Source of the DNA: an uncultured virus (IMG/VR IMGVR_UViG_2061766007_000763)
Taxonomy: Duplodnaviria > Heunggongvirae > Uroviricota > Caudoviricetes
Strand: one strand, 5' to 3'
Length of the DNA stretch: 64,000 bases
Virus record (IMG/VR): IMGVR_UViG_2061766007_000763
Below, one piece after another: positions 52,869 through 63,957 of the stretch. Each line of letters begins with the position of its first letter. Position 1 is the stretch's first letter. The notes beneath the pieces were generated by a model that searched no databases, was not told where the DNA came from, and saw only the letters and a program-made list of their open reading frames with translations. Position numbers and translations under genes: made by a program.

Positions 52869-54827
52869 TTATCTGATAACTTGAAGATTACTGTCGTCAG
52901 AGCAACGAATAAGTATGGTCTGGCCATCGGTGTTGAGAGGCATATTGTCTTCATTGATTGTATTGCTCTCATCAATCCACAAAGGCATGTTGACCCCATA
53001 GGACTGGCAGAAGAAACGCTGGACCTCAGCTTCAATCATAGCTTGTGCCGCACCGTTAGAAGTGTTATACTTGATGTCGTTATTCTGACACAGGATGCAA
53101 TCATCAACAAGACTTCCGTCTTTCTGACGGCGTTGCATCATAATTTTTGTGTGAACAAAAGAAGAGTTGATTCTGGATGATACTATATCAGCTCTTTCCC
53201 TAATATATTCATCCACCTGATGCAGTATTTTTTCTTGTTTGATGACCTTGAGGCCCACCTCGGTCTTTTCTTCCTCAAGCTGTTTGATTTCATTCTGAAG
53301 AGCATCGCGCTTGGTTTTTAAGCCATAGCTGCGGTTAAGCTCTTCGAGCTGGGAGAGAAGTTCGCGCTTGCGCTCCAAGAGAGCGGTATTGTCAGCCTTC
53401 TGCTCGTCGTCAATGACGCAGTCATCCACAGCCTTTTTCAACTGAGCGTACTCTTCTGTATTTTCAAAAATAGGATGCTGGGAATTGTACTTGTCAAGTT
53501 CCTTCTGTAATTCATCCTTGGATTCCAGAGGCTGCTCCGTGAATCCGGCGGCTTGTTCTGCTTCAAGCTTTTTGATTTGAGCCTCACAAGCATCCATTCG
53601 CTCACGGACACTCTTACCCTCATTAATCAGACGCTGCAGCTCAGATTCCTTTTGCGCGTTGAATTTAGCTCTCATCTCTTCCTGCTTTTCTATAGGAAGT
53701 TCCTGACCGCAGTAAGAGCAAACGGAAGGCTTGAATATACGTTCCTTAACCTCATTGCATTCCTTAATCAGCTCTTCGCGTCTTTTGGTATGGCGGACAA
53801 GGTCGTTTTTTTGCTGGGTTATATCATTGGCAATAGAATCCATACGCTGACGGCCACGATTGTTATCAGCTATCCTTTCGCGATTGATAGCATCTATGTT
53901 GTCCATCTTTGATATAATGTCTTGAGCACCAGACTTAATATCCGCATTGTATTTTCTTTTGGCTTCATAGAGTTTGTTCTCTGCGGCCATCTTATCGTCC
54001 ATCTGCTTACGCCTTTTTTCCAAGAGAGGCTTTAGAGCGTCGGACGCAGCCAGCATTTGATTATCAATACCGGAGATTTTTTCTCTCACTTCATTCATCT
54101 GGGAATTGATAGCATCAAAATCGGTCTGATTATAGTTTGCGAGGTCGGTCTGATTCCTCTCGATTATGGCCGGAATTTCTTTGAGACGCAACTTCAAAGG
54201 TTTCAGGGTGTTTTGCGCCTGATTGATTATTTCAGATATGCTATATGTCTGAAGCTTTGGCAAAATCTCCGAATAATCTCCTTTAAGCTCAGAATCGGAT
54301 ACGACACCTACAATCTGCTCAAGAAGAGCCCGGGCCTTATCTTTGTTCTCTTCGGCCAGACAAGCAAAGAATTTACCGGACAGACAGTAGGTCAACAGGT
54401 CTATGTCGCAGAAATTCCGCGAACAGAAAGTTTTCCAGTCTGCGGCACTTGTCTCAATATCATCGACCAAAAGAGTGTATTTATCTGACGGGGCTTTCTC
54501 ATAGACATCCGTTCCTTGCTTTCTGACGAACTTAGCCTCGGCCTTACGTTCTATCGTACATTCAACGCCATCTATCTCCACGAAAGCCTTTACGCAAGCA
54601 AGCGGAGTGTTCTCGTTCAGCTCGACCTTATTGTCGTAGAGCTCGGAGTTCTTGGGAAGAAGAGGGTCTGTATAACCAGACAGGAGCCAGAACCAAGCTC
54701 GCATTAGGTTGGTCTTTCCGGTCCCATTACGTCCAACAATCGTGTTGATTTTCTCGTCAAAGACAAGGTCACTATTTTGTGCTTTAAAATCACTCAGCAC
54801 AAGCCTCTTCAGGATAACTTTTTTCAT
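52869..54827 (-). CDS. SbcC/Rad50-like AAA ATPase
   Basis: GRNGTGKT Walker A; long coiled coil with a CSYCGQ hook; PLWIDES Walker B. Confidence 0.9.
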   Translation of the reverse strand: MKKVILKRLVLSDFKAQNSDLVFDEKINTIVGRNGTGKTNLMRAWFWLLSGYTDPLLPKNSELYDNKVELNENTPLACVKAFVEIDGVECTIERKAEAKFVRKQGTDVYEKAPSDKYTLLVDDIETSAADWKTFCSRNFCDIDLLTYCLSGKFFACLAEENKDKARALLEQIVGVVSDSELKGDYSEILPKLQTYSISEIINQAQNTLKPLKLRLKEIPAIIERNQTDLANYNQTDFDAINSQMNEVREKISGIDNQMLAASDALKPLLEKRRKQMDDKMAAENKLYEAKRKYNADIKSGAQDIISKMDNIDAINRERIADNNRGRQRMDSIANDITQQKNDLVRHTKRREELIKECNEVKERIFKPSVCSYCGQELPIEKQEEMRAKFNAQKESELQRLINEGKSVRERMDACEAQIKKLEAEQAAGFTEQPLESKDELQKELDKYNSQHPIFENTEEYAQLKKAVDDCVIDDEQKADNTALLERKRELLSQLEELNRSYGLKTKRDALQNEIKQLEEEKTEVGLKVIKQEKILHQVDEYIRERADIVSSRINSSFVHTKIMMQRRQKDGSLVDDCILCQNNDIKYNTSNGAAQAMIEAEVQRFFCQSYGVNMPLWIDESNTINEDNMPLNTDGQTILIRCSDDSNLQVIR

Positions 54828-55011
54828 ATTCCGTCAGTGTTATTTCCAACTTTAATACTTTGCAAATTCTCTGCACGGTATCGAACGCGCATTTCTTATT
54901 TTTCTCTACGTGCAAAACTGTGACGTAATCAACACCGGCCATTTCGCCGACCTGCTGCTGCGTCATCCTCAGTTCGATTCTTCTTTCTTTAATTCTCTTT
55001 CCGAAATCCAT
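54790..55011 (-). CDS. XRE-family HTH regulator
   Basis: FGKRIKERRIELRMTQQQVGEMAGVD..TV..VE; TATCTTTG promoter at 55032-55039. Confidence 0.85.
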   Translation of the reverse strand: MDFGKRIKERRIELRMTQQQVGEMAGVDYVTVLHVEKNKKCAFDTVQRICKVLKLEITLTEYEKSYPEEACAE

Positions 55012-55125
55012 GTGAAATAAAAATGTTTTCACAAAGATATGAAAATGGTTTTATATTTCAAGAGTTATTACAATAAAGTTATTTACAGCTTTTCCGGCTA
55101 TATATTTTCAATTTTTGTTTTGAAT

Positions 55126-55494
55126 TTATGAANNNNNNNNNNNNNNNNNNNNNNNNNNNNNNNNNNNNNNNNNNNNTAGCCTATCTTCCACGTGTCGTTT
55201 CTCATGCCCCATGACTTCCTCTCTTGCCTCATCTGAAGAGAATGGATAGAAAATTACAACCATCTCACGCTGTATGAGCCGATAAANNNNNNNNNNNNNN
55301 NNNNNNNNNNNNNNNNNNNTATTGTACTCCTTGTTATCTACATTGTCCATCACATAATCAATGTCATCCTTCTCTGTTATATGATGCACTTTTAAGAGAT
55401 TTAATACGGCCTTCTTATCCTCTCTGCCCTCCACTTGGACTAATGTTATTTTGACATCTCCAAATATCGGCACCTTGAATGTATATCTTTTCAT
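55126..55494 (-). CDS. HExxH motif protein
   Basis: EEVMGHEKRHVED; partly masked. Confidence 0.55.
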   Translation of the reverse strand: MKRYTFKVPIFGDVKITLVQVEGREDKKAVLNLLKVHHITEKDDIDYVMDNVDNKEYNXXXXXXXXXXXXYRLIQREMVVIFYPFSSDEAREEVMGHEKRHVEDRLXXXXXXXXXXXXXXXS

Positions 55495-55769
55495 ACTTTC
55501 TCCGTTTAGTGTTAATGGTTGGTCGGAAAAACCGACATACCACTATCCGTTAATAATTCCCCAATACAAGTACCACTTCAAATCGGCTATCTTTAATAAC
55601 CAATCATTGAACTTGCACACCCTCATAGGTTTACTCCAGTGCCATTTCAGCCAAGATACTGCGATATATGCAGTAGTCGGATTGACTTGAATTGTCGGCA
55701 ATATATAGAAGAAAATATTATTTCTTGTCATACACTATATTGAGTTTAATTCTGTTTCTTTTACTTATC

Positions 55770-56006
55770 TCACATTCCCCTGAAACCAAATCTTCCAAAC
55801 ATTGTTTGCANNNNNNNNNNNNNNAGGTTGAACAACCACCAATTCCTACCTCTTATTCTCTGTTGCAAGTCCACAATGGTATAGAGGACTGTGTGCTTTG
55901 GTGCAAAGGGTTTGGTACATATTAGATACCTTTCATTACAGGCTCTAATGGTATAAGGTTTCTTTTCCTCCACAAACTTTATCTTATCTCCAACTTTGTA
56001 TTTCAT
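55770..56006 (-). CDS. Hypothetical phage protein
   Basis: KVGDKIKF.EEK.PYT..ACNERYLICTKPF motif. Confidence 0.6.
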   Translation of the reverse strand: MKYKVGDKIKFVEEKKPYTIRACNERYLICTKPFAPKHTVLYTIVDLQQRIRGRNWWLFNXXXXXXQTMFGRFGFRGM

Positions 56007-56604
56007 ATCTCTATCTGTTAATAATTCACCGATTCTTTAACTTGTTCTCTCAAATGTGTTAAGGTTTCTCCGATTGCTTAACTTGTTTCTTTCTCCCTCC
56101 GCATAGCACCTTTCTGCTATTCAAATCCTCTGTGTTGAACTTGGCGCAATAATGGAATCCTCGCCTTACCTTATAACCGCTTGCAGTCCAAGTGTCATCA
56201 GGTAGCCACTCCCAATACTTGCATCCTGTACAGAATGATTTGCTCATATTTCACTCTTTAATGATTACTACTTTAACTTCTTGCCCCTTCTCATACTCTT
56301 TGGCTTGTAGAAAATCAGTCTCTACATATTTATGGGCTACTCCACCGTCAATGTTTAGCATTTCGACAACGAAACCGCTAATCGCATCCTTCATCATCTG
56401 CTCTTTCTGCCATTGTGCGAAATGCTTGGCAATCTTTAACGGGTCTATGTATGTGGTTATAAACCCACCGCTATAGTCTTTTTTTGTAGCCTTTCCGCTT
56501 GCTATGAAGCGTTTAAGTTCTTTCTCTATCTCTGTCATACCTCAATCTCTTTATTTCCAATTATTTGCGTATTAAGCAAAAATTTGTACCCTTAATCTGC
56601 AAGT

Positions 56605-56988
56605 CTATAACACTATCTCTTTATCAATTCCGCACTCTCTCAATGCGTGTTGTAGGTTATGAACATAACTGAATACCCTCTGTTCGTGGGGAGTATTCAT
56701 TTCAGTACATTCATATCTGAAAACCCAAATGCTATCAGACCACTCATAGACAATTATGTCGTAGTAGTCATCCGCGAGAACAAATTCCTCTGCGCCGCCA
56801 TCAAGTTTTCTGCGCTCAAACCCATTTTTTTCAAGTATCTCTGCGGTAAGGGGAATTGGATGAAAGTAATAGTCGTGGCTATCCTCATAACTATCCGTGC
56901 AGATAAAACCATCATATACCGATGTTACTTGTTCTATTTTTCCTCTTGATTTTACCCAATCCCCAATCATCAATTCAGTTGCTTTCAT
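56605..56988 (-). CDS. YopX-related hypothetical protein
   Basis: MKATELMIGDWV; PIPLTAEILEKNGF; YVHNLQHAL..CGI. Confidence 0.75.
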   Translation of the reverse strand: MKATELMIGDWVKSRGKIEQVTSVYDGFICTDSYEDSHDYYFHPIPLTAEILEKNGFERRKLDGGAEEFVLADDYYDIIVYEWSDSIWVFRYECTEMNTPHEQRVFSYVHNLQHALRECGIDKEIVL

Positions 56989-57227
56989 AACTTAATCAAT
57001 CGTTTCTATTGTTATTTTTACTTTACGAGGCTCGTTCTCCCATCTTTGAAGCGGGAAAAAATATATAGGTAATATTAAAGCATATCCTTTTCCAAAAGTT
57101 CCAAGCCTTGTGTTTCTTTTAGGTTTACCACCTCTAAATTTTAAGGTGTTATTTTTGTCTCTTGCTATCCATCCTTCAATTACCTCTTCCATATCTCAAT
57201 CTGTTTTTGTATTCGTGGATATACTAA

Positions 57228-57617
57228 TCAGTCTCTTAAATACTTGTCTGCTAACTTCTCAAATATCTCATACACCCAAGAGTATTGTTTCATTTTAGCA
57301 ACGAGATATTCATGGTCTTGGGTGTGATTACCTTTTACAATGAACAAACTCTTTGAACCGGGCCTTTTATCATCAAGACTCTTGGGATAGCCTACTATTG
57401 TGACATCTGCACTTTTCCACCAAAAGCATTTGAAAGACGATGTGGATAATTGCAGCATTATCCACTCTCTATCAAACTCGCCGGCCCAATCACAAATATC
57501 AATACCAGAAAGTTCTCTGTAACCATCGAGAACTACCAAATCATGACCTGCGCGACCTGTGGTACCAAAATACCCCACGAAGTCTTGAGGTAATTCTTTT
57601 AGTGTATTATGCTCTGC
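57228..57617 (-). CDS. Hypothetical phage protein
   Basis: YFGT.G.AGH; S.DDKRPGSKS.F. Confidence 0.6.
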   Translation of the reverse strand, partial: AEHNTLKELPQDFVGYFGTTGRAGHDLVVLDGYRELSGIDICDWAGEFDREWIMLQLSTSSFKCFWWKSADVTIVGYPKSLDDKRPGSKSLFIVKGNHTQDHEYLVAKMKQYSWVYEIFEKLADKYLRD

Positions 57618-58312
57618 CATAGTTATTTCTTTACATATCTCCACAATACATTGTCACCTATGCTGCAATAGTTTCCGTTCCGAGAATACAACTTGTTGTA
57701 ATACCAAAACGTCTGCCCCATGCGATACATCTTCATTGGCCTGCGTCCCATGACACGAACCCATACGGGGGTAAGTTCTTTGGGAAGTTCGTCGGTTGAC
57801 TTAATATATTGCGCCTGTGCCATAACTTTATTCTCCTTTCATGTAGTTTTTGAAGTCCTCATACATTTCTTCCATAGAGTTAAAGTCGGTACTTACAACC
57901 CCGTAAAACACATTGTCAAAGTGTAACTTATCATGCAAGTATGTCAACGCCTTCTCAATTAAGGCATCGGTGCGGGTGTATTCAACTGCATGAGGAAAAT
58001 TTTTATCACAAGTAATATATTTATATCCACCAAGTTCACTTGGCACATTACTTATATACATATTCTCTGGTGCTTCCATAACCCTATTTTTCTATCTTAT
58101 TCAACAAATTACGATATTTTTCATCGAACCACATAACAGGGTCATGCGGTAAAAACGGAGTGTTTTCTACATCGCCAGTTTTTACAAAAAAGTATGCCGC
58201 TGATATTGGAAATATGATAAACGATACCAGTATAAGCGCAATAATGCCAAAAACAAAAATTGGAATATATCCAATAAGCCACAATGTTCTTAAAATGTAT
58301 TTCATAACTTTA

Positions 58313-59083
58313 TCATTTTAATTTCTTGAGGTCATAGTAAAGAGAGTCTAATATCTCATGTTCGTGAGAATTTCCAGAATCTTTTATAATAGACAAGGCA
58401 GTCATCTGTTCCTCACTCGGCTTCCAAGTGTATCTTTCTTTGAGGGATTTGAGCCAATCAACACATGAGTTAAACCACTTCTCATCCCATAAAATGTTAT
58501 CATCTTTTTCAAAATACTTTNNNNNNNNNNNNNNGGAATCCCTTATACTTCTTTCATCCTCTCCACTCCAAGCAGGCTCCTGCTCAATCTTCTTTAATTC
58601 CTCCATTTCTGGATTCCACATATAACCCGACTCATTCATTCTCCTGAATAACTCTGCTATCCAGAATCTCGGAGCAGGTTCAAAATCCATGTCCCAAGGT
58701 AATTCTTGATGAATAAAGATTCCCTTCTGTAAGGCACAATAAGCATCAATATGTTTGCCATCGGGATTAAAGCCTTTGAATATGATGGTAGCCTGTACTC
58801 TTGTTGAATTTAGTATATCGCCGGGCGCAGCATCTTGAAGAGTCCAAACGTGTTTTCGTTGTTCTTTTTGCTCACCTTGCTTTTCAAGCCAAGCAATAAT
58901 ATCCTTTGTAGAATATTCGTGCCAGACCTCACCAATTTCTCTGAATTTACCTATAAGAAAATTCTTTATCCTCTCGTCCTCGCTCTCCTTGAGTTGAGGA
59001 AAGATAGTTTCTGCAATCTCTTGGCTAATCTTGCCATCCTTGACAAGTTGCCTTGTTACCTCTATCGAATTGTAGGTTTCCAT
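58313..59083 (-). CDS. Modular hypothetical protein of Prevotella-type phages
   Basis: FPQLKESEDERI; IAWLEKQGEQK; WS.EDER; WKPSEEQM segments. Confidence 0.7.
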   Translation of the reverse strand: METYNSIEVTRQLVKDGKISQEIAETIFPQLKESEDERIKNFLIGKFREIGEVWHEYSTKDIIAWLEKQGEQKEQRKHVWTLQDAAPGDILNSTRVQATIIFKGFNPDGKHIDAYCALQKGIFIHQELPWDMDFEPAPRFWIAELFRRMNESGYMWNPEMEELKKIEQEPAWSGEDERSIRDSXXXXXKYFEKDDNILWDEKWFNSCVDWLKSLKERYTWKPSEEQMTALSIIKDSGNSHEHEILDSLYYDLKKLK

Positions 59084-59095
59084 ATTCTATTCTTT

Positions 59096-59428
59096 TTACT
59101 TGTTTAGTTTGATAATTTCCCGGCCATCGTCATAGATTGAGGTGTTAAACCCGTCTTTTCTTGGCTTCAATTTTGTGGTATATGCCGGTCCATAATAAAC
59201 CGCATATAAAGTATTCCGATATGTAAGGCCACCGCGTATCTTGTCCACTTTGATGATAAAAGAACCCGACTTGAGAAAATCTCCGGGCATGAAACGGGCG
59301 TTTTCTGCAGCCCATTTATCTAATACTTTCTGACGCTTAGACCTGTATGTCTTTCTAAGCGAGTCAAGCTTTATGTTCTCTTCTTTGAACAGTTCAGCGA
59401 TTTGGTTGATTGTTTCTATGTCTGTCAT
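59096..59428 (-). CDS. Hypothetical protein
   Basis: Operon packing. Confidence 0.6.
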   Translation of the reverse strand: MTDIETINQIAELFKEENIKLDSLRKTYRSKRQKVLDKWAAENARFMPGDFLKSGSFIIKVDKIRGGLTYRNTLYAVYYGPAYTTKLKPRKDGFNTSIYDDGREIIKLNK

Positions 59429-60000
59429 ATCTTATTTGTTTAATTTGGCGAGCGGAAAGTGATACCAGCACCGTCCGCTCAGGAGAAGCATACGAGTTGT
59501 ATTTATTCACGAAACAGATTATGGTAAACGGTAGCTTCTCCGCTCCTTACACTGGCCTCACGGCTGGCTTGGGGAGATTTCAGTAACAATAAAACAGTAA
59601 AGCAAAAATCGAGTTTACTTAGAGAAGAGGGGGTGTACCACCAGACCCCTCTCCATGCGCCTATTGCCGGTATCACTACCAACGTTAGACTAAGGACATA
59701 TTCCAACATAATAAAAAAGAAATTCATCATGTGCTATATGTTTATCCTATCACAAGTCTATTTCTTTGTTCTTTTGTTGGCCTTATCAATCAGCTCTTGG
59801 CATTCTCTCACTTGTTTGGTGAGAATCTGATTGCCCTCAGCCATATTGTTGAGTCGAAGATTGAAATCCCTCTCTACGTCGTTCAACCGCATCTGAAGGT
59901 TTATGATACGAGTGATTATGACAAGGCTTGCTGCCGAAAATGCAACAACTATCGCGATAACGAATATAATAAGTGCTGTAATCATAACTATTTTATTTAT

Positions 60001-60240
60001 TTATTTATCAATATCTTCTCTGTTCACAGAGGGAAGCATAGGCTGTAAGGGATGGCCGAAATTCATTACGCCAATCCAAAGCTGCCTTGTCTGCTTCAGC
60101 ACCTCAATATCTTGGTCCGATAGCTGCCAACACGTAAGTATTGTGTTATCATCAACCTTCTTGGCCGGTAGCGGCAGATACTCCGGCTGATTCTCTGCGT
60201 AGGTTATGTCTGCTCNNNNNNNNNNNNNNNNNNNNNNNNN
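60001..60240 (-). CDS. Conserved small phage protein (start in N-gap)
   Basis: YAENQPEYLPLPA...TCWQLS......LWIGV.NFG.PLQP; absent from the ORF track. Confidence 0.6.
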   Translation of the reverse strand, partial: XXXXXXXXXADITYAENQPEYLPLPAKKVDDNTILTCWQLSDQDIEVLKQTRQLWIGVMNFGHPLQPMLPSVNREDIDK

Positions 60241-60572
60241 NNNNTATTACTCCTCTATTTTGTTAATACTCTTCATTACGTTATCGTGTATATCCTTCAG
60301 CATCTCTTTTGTAGAGCCGGGAGTGAACGCGGCTTTACGAGCAAGGTAAACACCGAACTCGATAGTGCAGAATTTGAAGCCTATAGTGGTCAGCACATTC
60401 CGGTTATTGTTGTAAACTGCAGAAAGAAAGAGCGTAGGTATAAAATAGAACGCCGGGAAATCGTTGTCTTGCTTTTTTGAATAGAATAATACCATAATCG
60501 TTAGTTTTTAATAGTTCATGTCGCAAATATAATACTTAATATGAAATGTTGTTCATATTGATGGGATTTTTT

Positions 60573-61928
60573 TTAGAAGGGAGCTGAATCGTTCTCGTCA
60601 TTCCTTCGTTCAGGTATGCTGGCCATGTCATAGAACAGTGTCCGGCGGGCATCGAATCCCATGATAAACTTGGTGGTTCCTATATTGCGGCCCTTGGCGA
60701 GATTAATCAAAGCCGTGCCTTTCGTCGATACAGTGTTGTATGGGTCTGAATATTGTCTGCCATATATCTCTGGGCGATAAATCAGTATAACCAAATCTGC
60801 TGCCTCAACAATCTGTCCGGAATCTCTTAGTCTGTTGAGTGTTGGCTCCGGGTTTTCCGGATTCCTATTCAACTGAGAAAGGGCTATAATCCAGATGCCG
60901 AGTTCCTTGGCTGCATTCTTCAGCTTTCTTGCGGCCTCAGCAATAGCTTGTTCCTTGTTAAGCTTTTTGGTGTTCATGTTGAGAATCTGGAGATAATCAA
61001 TTATGGCACCTTTGATTTTGTACTTGGCAACAAGCTTATGAAGGGATACAAGTATGTTATCTATGTTAGACGTACTTTTTTCATCGAGGTATAAGTTCTG
61101 GGCCTTCATCTCGGTCATAGTATTCTTAATCTCCTCATATTTGTATGTACTGATATTCGGAGAATAGAGAAGGTCACTGGAAGATATGTCCACATTGAAA
61201 GAAACGAGCCTTGCAGATAATTGTTTCTTGGTCATCTCCATAGAATAGAAGGCTATCGGTTCGTTATTCTGGATAGCACTATAAGCAATCTTCAAAGAGA
61301 GGGCTGTTTTACCCATTGAGCTTTCTCCGGCGATAATAATCAAATCAGAAGGCTGAAGTCCTCCCTTCTTGTCAAGTGCGGATATGCCGGTAGGAGTACC
61401 GGTAAGCTTTCCGTCATTCTTCTGATTGTCGCTAATTGTCTGAAGCAGCTCGGTAAAACCATCTGCAAGAGTCTCCTCTTTGGAGCCGTTCACCTCAAAG
61501 AGCTGCTGGACCTTATCCAGCGCATATTGCCGCACTTCATCCAAATCTCGGACCTCTTGTGTGCCGGCAGTGATAAGTTCTTGGCCGAGGACCAACAAAT
61601 CTCTTCTGATAACAAGCTCTTTCAGTCTGATTGCGTAAGGCACAATGTTGTTTGTCATCATCGGTTCACGATTGATAGCCGTGATTACATCAAACTTCAC
61701 ATTGGCATCTATCTTACAAAGTTCGGCGTAAACAGTGACGACATTCAAATCCAAACCTTTTGCTGCTGCATTCTCAATCGCCTGCCAAACCTTCTTGTGA
61801 ACATCAAAGTAAAAGCAATCTGCATCAATATATTCCTTTGCGTCAAGAAAAGACTGGTAATATGTCATGCAGTTCTGCAGAACCTGACGTTCGCACTGTT
61901 CATCCCATCTTGCTGCTACGTTCTCCAT
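60573..61928 (-). CDS. dnaB: Replicative DNA helicase
   Basis: IIAGESSMGKT; FYSMEM; IIDYLQ; IALSQLNR; LRDSGQI...AD; KGRNIG. Confidence 0.95.
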   Translation of the reverse strand: MENVAARWDEQCERQVLQNCMTYYQSFLDAKEYIDADCFYFDVHKKVWQAIENAAAKGLDLNVVTVYAELCKIDANVKFDVITAINREPMMTNNIVPYAIRLKELVIRRDLLVLGQELITAGTQEVRDLDEVRQYALDKVQQLFEVNGSKEETLADGFTELLQTISDNQKNDGKLTGTPTGISALDKKGGLQPSDLIIIAGESSMGKTALSLKIAYSAIQNNEPIAFYSMEMTKKQLSARLVSFNVDISSSDLLYSPNISTYKYEEIKNTMTEMKAQNLYLDEKSTSNIDNILVSLHKLVAKYKIKGAIIDYLQILNMNTKKLNKEQAIAEAARKLKNAAKELGIWIIALSQLNRNPENPEPTLNRLRDSGQIVEAADLVILIYRPEIYGRQYSDPYNTVSTKGTALINLAKGRNIGTTKFIMGFDARRTLFYDMASIPERRNDENDSAPF

Positions 61929-62687
61929 ATGGATTCTTTAGTTTTTCGAGTAAACTTAAATAAACCGAAATTCTTTTTTTGTGAAAATCTGGCCAGTTAC
62001 CAAGTTGTAATAAAGCACTTACAATATCATCGCTGGTATATTGGCTCTTTAGTTTTTTAAATTGTTCTAAGGTTAATTGTTGCTGTACTCTGAGTATATT
62101 AGGGCAATTATCACTTACATACTTTTGAAACTTTTTGAAATTAACCTCCATTTCAGTTGGTTCTCTTTGAGGAATTTCTCCTTCTGCAAATNNNNNNNNN
62201 NNNNNNNNNNNNNNNNNNNNNNNNNNNNNNNNNNNNNNNNNNNNNNNNNNNNNNNNNNNNNNNNNNNNNNNNNNNNNNNNNNNNNNNNNNNNNNNNNNNN
62301 NNNNNNNNNNNNNNNNNNNNNNNNNNNNNNATTTAGCCTAACGTTTGACTGTCTTTTTGTTTGTTGTTGTTTACTTCCTACACTTTGGTAACTCTCATAG
62401 TTACAGATAGTTATTATGCTAAATTTGTTTGTTGTTTTGATTGCTATTTCACCGGTGTTTTTTAGTTTATTAAGAGAAATGCGCACTTGCGCTGGAGTAA
62501 GATTTATTTCTCCGGCAATAGATGAAACAGTGGCTTCAAACTGCCCGCGCTCAATAAGCATTCCTCGCCATTCTTTTTCCTCGAAGTTAGCCTTCAGCAA
62601 ACAATGCAGGAACACCACCTTCGTATTGGTATCGGTGTACCATTCCCATTTGAGCATCTTGCTATAAATTTTAACCCAGCTTTCCAT
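61900..62687 (-). CDS. Phage replication initiator (replisome organizer type); middle masked
   Basis: WVKIYSKMLKWEWY.D....VFLHCLLKAN..IERGQF; the post-gap frame FAEGEIPQREPTE runs into the 83-aa ORF. Confidence 0.75.
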
Positions 62688-62950
62688 CTTGTTCACAATA
62701 TTTATTAANNNNNNNNNNNNNNNNNNNNNNNNNNNNNNNNNNNNNNNNNTTGAACCATTCCCCACGATGATGAAGTCCTTTTTCCTTTAACTCCTGATGT
62801 ATATTATACTCAAGTTCTCCACACCCTTTGTAAATTTTAAATAAAGTCAAACTTATATTATTGGACGTTTGCAANNNNNNNNNNNNNNNNNNNNNNNNNN
62901 NNNNNNNNNNNNNNNNNNNNNNNNNNNNNNNNNNNNNNNNNNNNNNNNNN
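62671..62950 (-). CDS. T5orf172/GIY-YIG-like domain protein (start masked)
   Basis: LQTSN...L.L......ELE..IH..L......RGEWF. Confidence 0.65.
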
Positions 62951-63224
62951 NTTTGAGTTTGTTTATAGAAAGAACTTTCGGCCACGATTGCATTATATTA
63001 CCATTTTCAGAACGATATGTTTGGGATATAAATTCTACTTTTAAATTTTGCCCTACATATAATTTGAAAAAATCTATATTCTCTTGCTCCCAGACTGTGA
63101 AAGCGTAAGTAGAACGACCATCTTTATAGTCTTTCGCAATAAAACGTTGGTAAATACAACATTTGCCGTCTTTTTCCAATCGTCTTACGTTGTCTACTTC
63201 TATTACTTGGCAAAATACCTTCAT
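62950..63224 (-). CDS. DUF3127-like OB-fold protein (end masked)
   Basis: YAFTVW....ID.F.L.VGQ.L.V.F..Q.Y. Confidence 0.5.
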
Positions 63225-63231
63225 AATTGAA

Positions 63232-63510
63232 TCAATCGACTCCTTCAAACACGTGGTAGTTTAGTTCACCATCATCAAGAGAGATAGTGCCTATATAACC
63301 ATCATTCTTTATACTGCCGGAATCAAAGGCCCGGTTGGTGTCATAGAGACGGAAAATACGTTCCTCTTTCTCTTCCTGCTTTATATCAGCAAGAACAAAG
63401 ACACATGGTTTACCTTGGACCATTTTCACTGAGAGAATCTTAGCTCCCTTTGGCATAAGGATAGACTCCTTGTCTATTATCCTTAGCCTGTACTGCATTA
63501 CTTTCAACAT
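63232..63510 (-). CDS. Conserved small phage protein
   Basis: I.MPKGAKILSV..VQG.PC......YIGTI....GEL.YHVFE. Confidence 0.7.
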   Translation of the reverse strand: MLKVMQYRLRIIDKESILMPKGAKILSVKMVQGKPCVFVLADIKQEEKEERIFRLYDTNRAFDSGSIKNDGYIGTISLDDGELNYHVFEGVD

Positions 63511-63544
63511 ACTCGTATATTTTAATTATTACAATCAAAAAACA

Positions 63545-63703
63545 AATGCGTAAACACAAACAACCTCGCAACCGGATTGGGAGCGAGGTTACAAGGTCAT
63601 TTGTGCTTACGCAATTTTATGTGGTTGGATAGAATGGGTATCTAAACCAGATAAAGCCGATATGTCTGTAATCCGCTCCCATTTGATTACACCGGCAAAA
63701 ATA
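63545..63703 (-). promoter_or_regulatory. Promoter plus structured 5' leader of the replication operon
   Basis: TATTTTTG (63696-63703), then a 7-bp hairpin and a long nested hairpin with complementary segments. Confidence 0.6.
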
Positions 63704-63957
63704 TGTGATATATTTTATACTCGCAAGAAAACGAGCAAATTTTTGCAAAAAAAATAAAGGGCCGTGACTCTCACGAGGTGGGCCCTTCTTGTTAACCTAA
63801 AAATCCAAAACCTTAGTTATGAAACAAAACTGCGTCTGTGGCTTGCCTAAACTTCACGTTCCGTAACAGCCTTAATGAGTTTATCGATGTCATACTGCCT
63901 GATGGCACCGGAGTTCCTCACTAAATCGCAGTTTACATTGTGCATATCAGTTGATAG

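Noticed and set aside
14252..63790. Recurrent CTCACG/CGTGAG hairpins (12180, about 14260, about 59558, about 63770) as a repeat family
   Set aside because: Explained by C(GUGA)G GNRA tetraloops capping unrelated stems and terminators.
63847..63945. 32-aa minus-strand ORF after the tmRNA end as a tmRNA tag peptide
   Set aside because: It lies downstream of the 3' end, so it cannot be the tag of a standard one-piece tmRNA, and it lacks an Ala-Ala type terminus; coding status unsupported.
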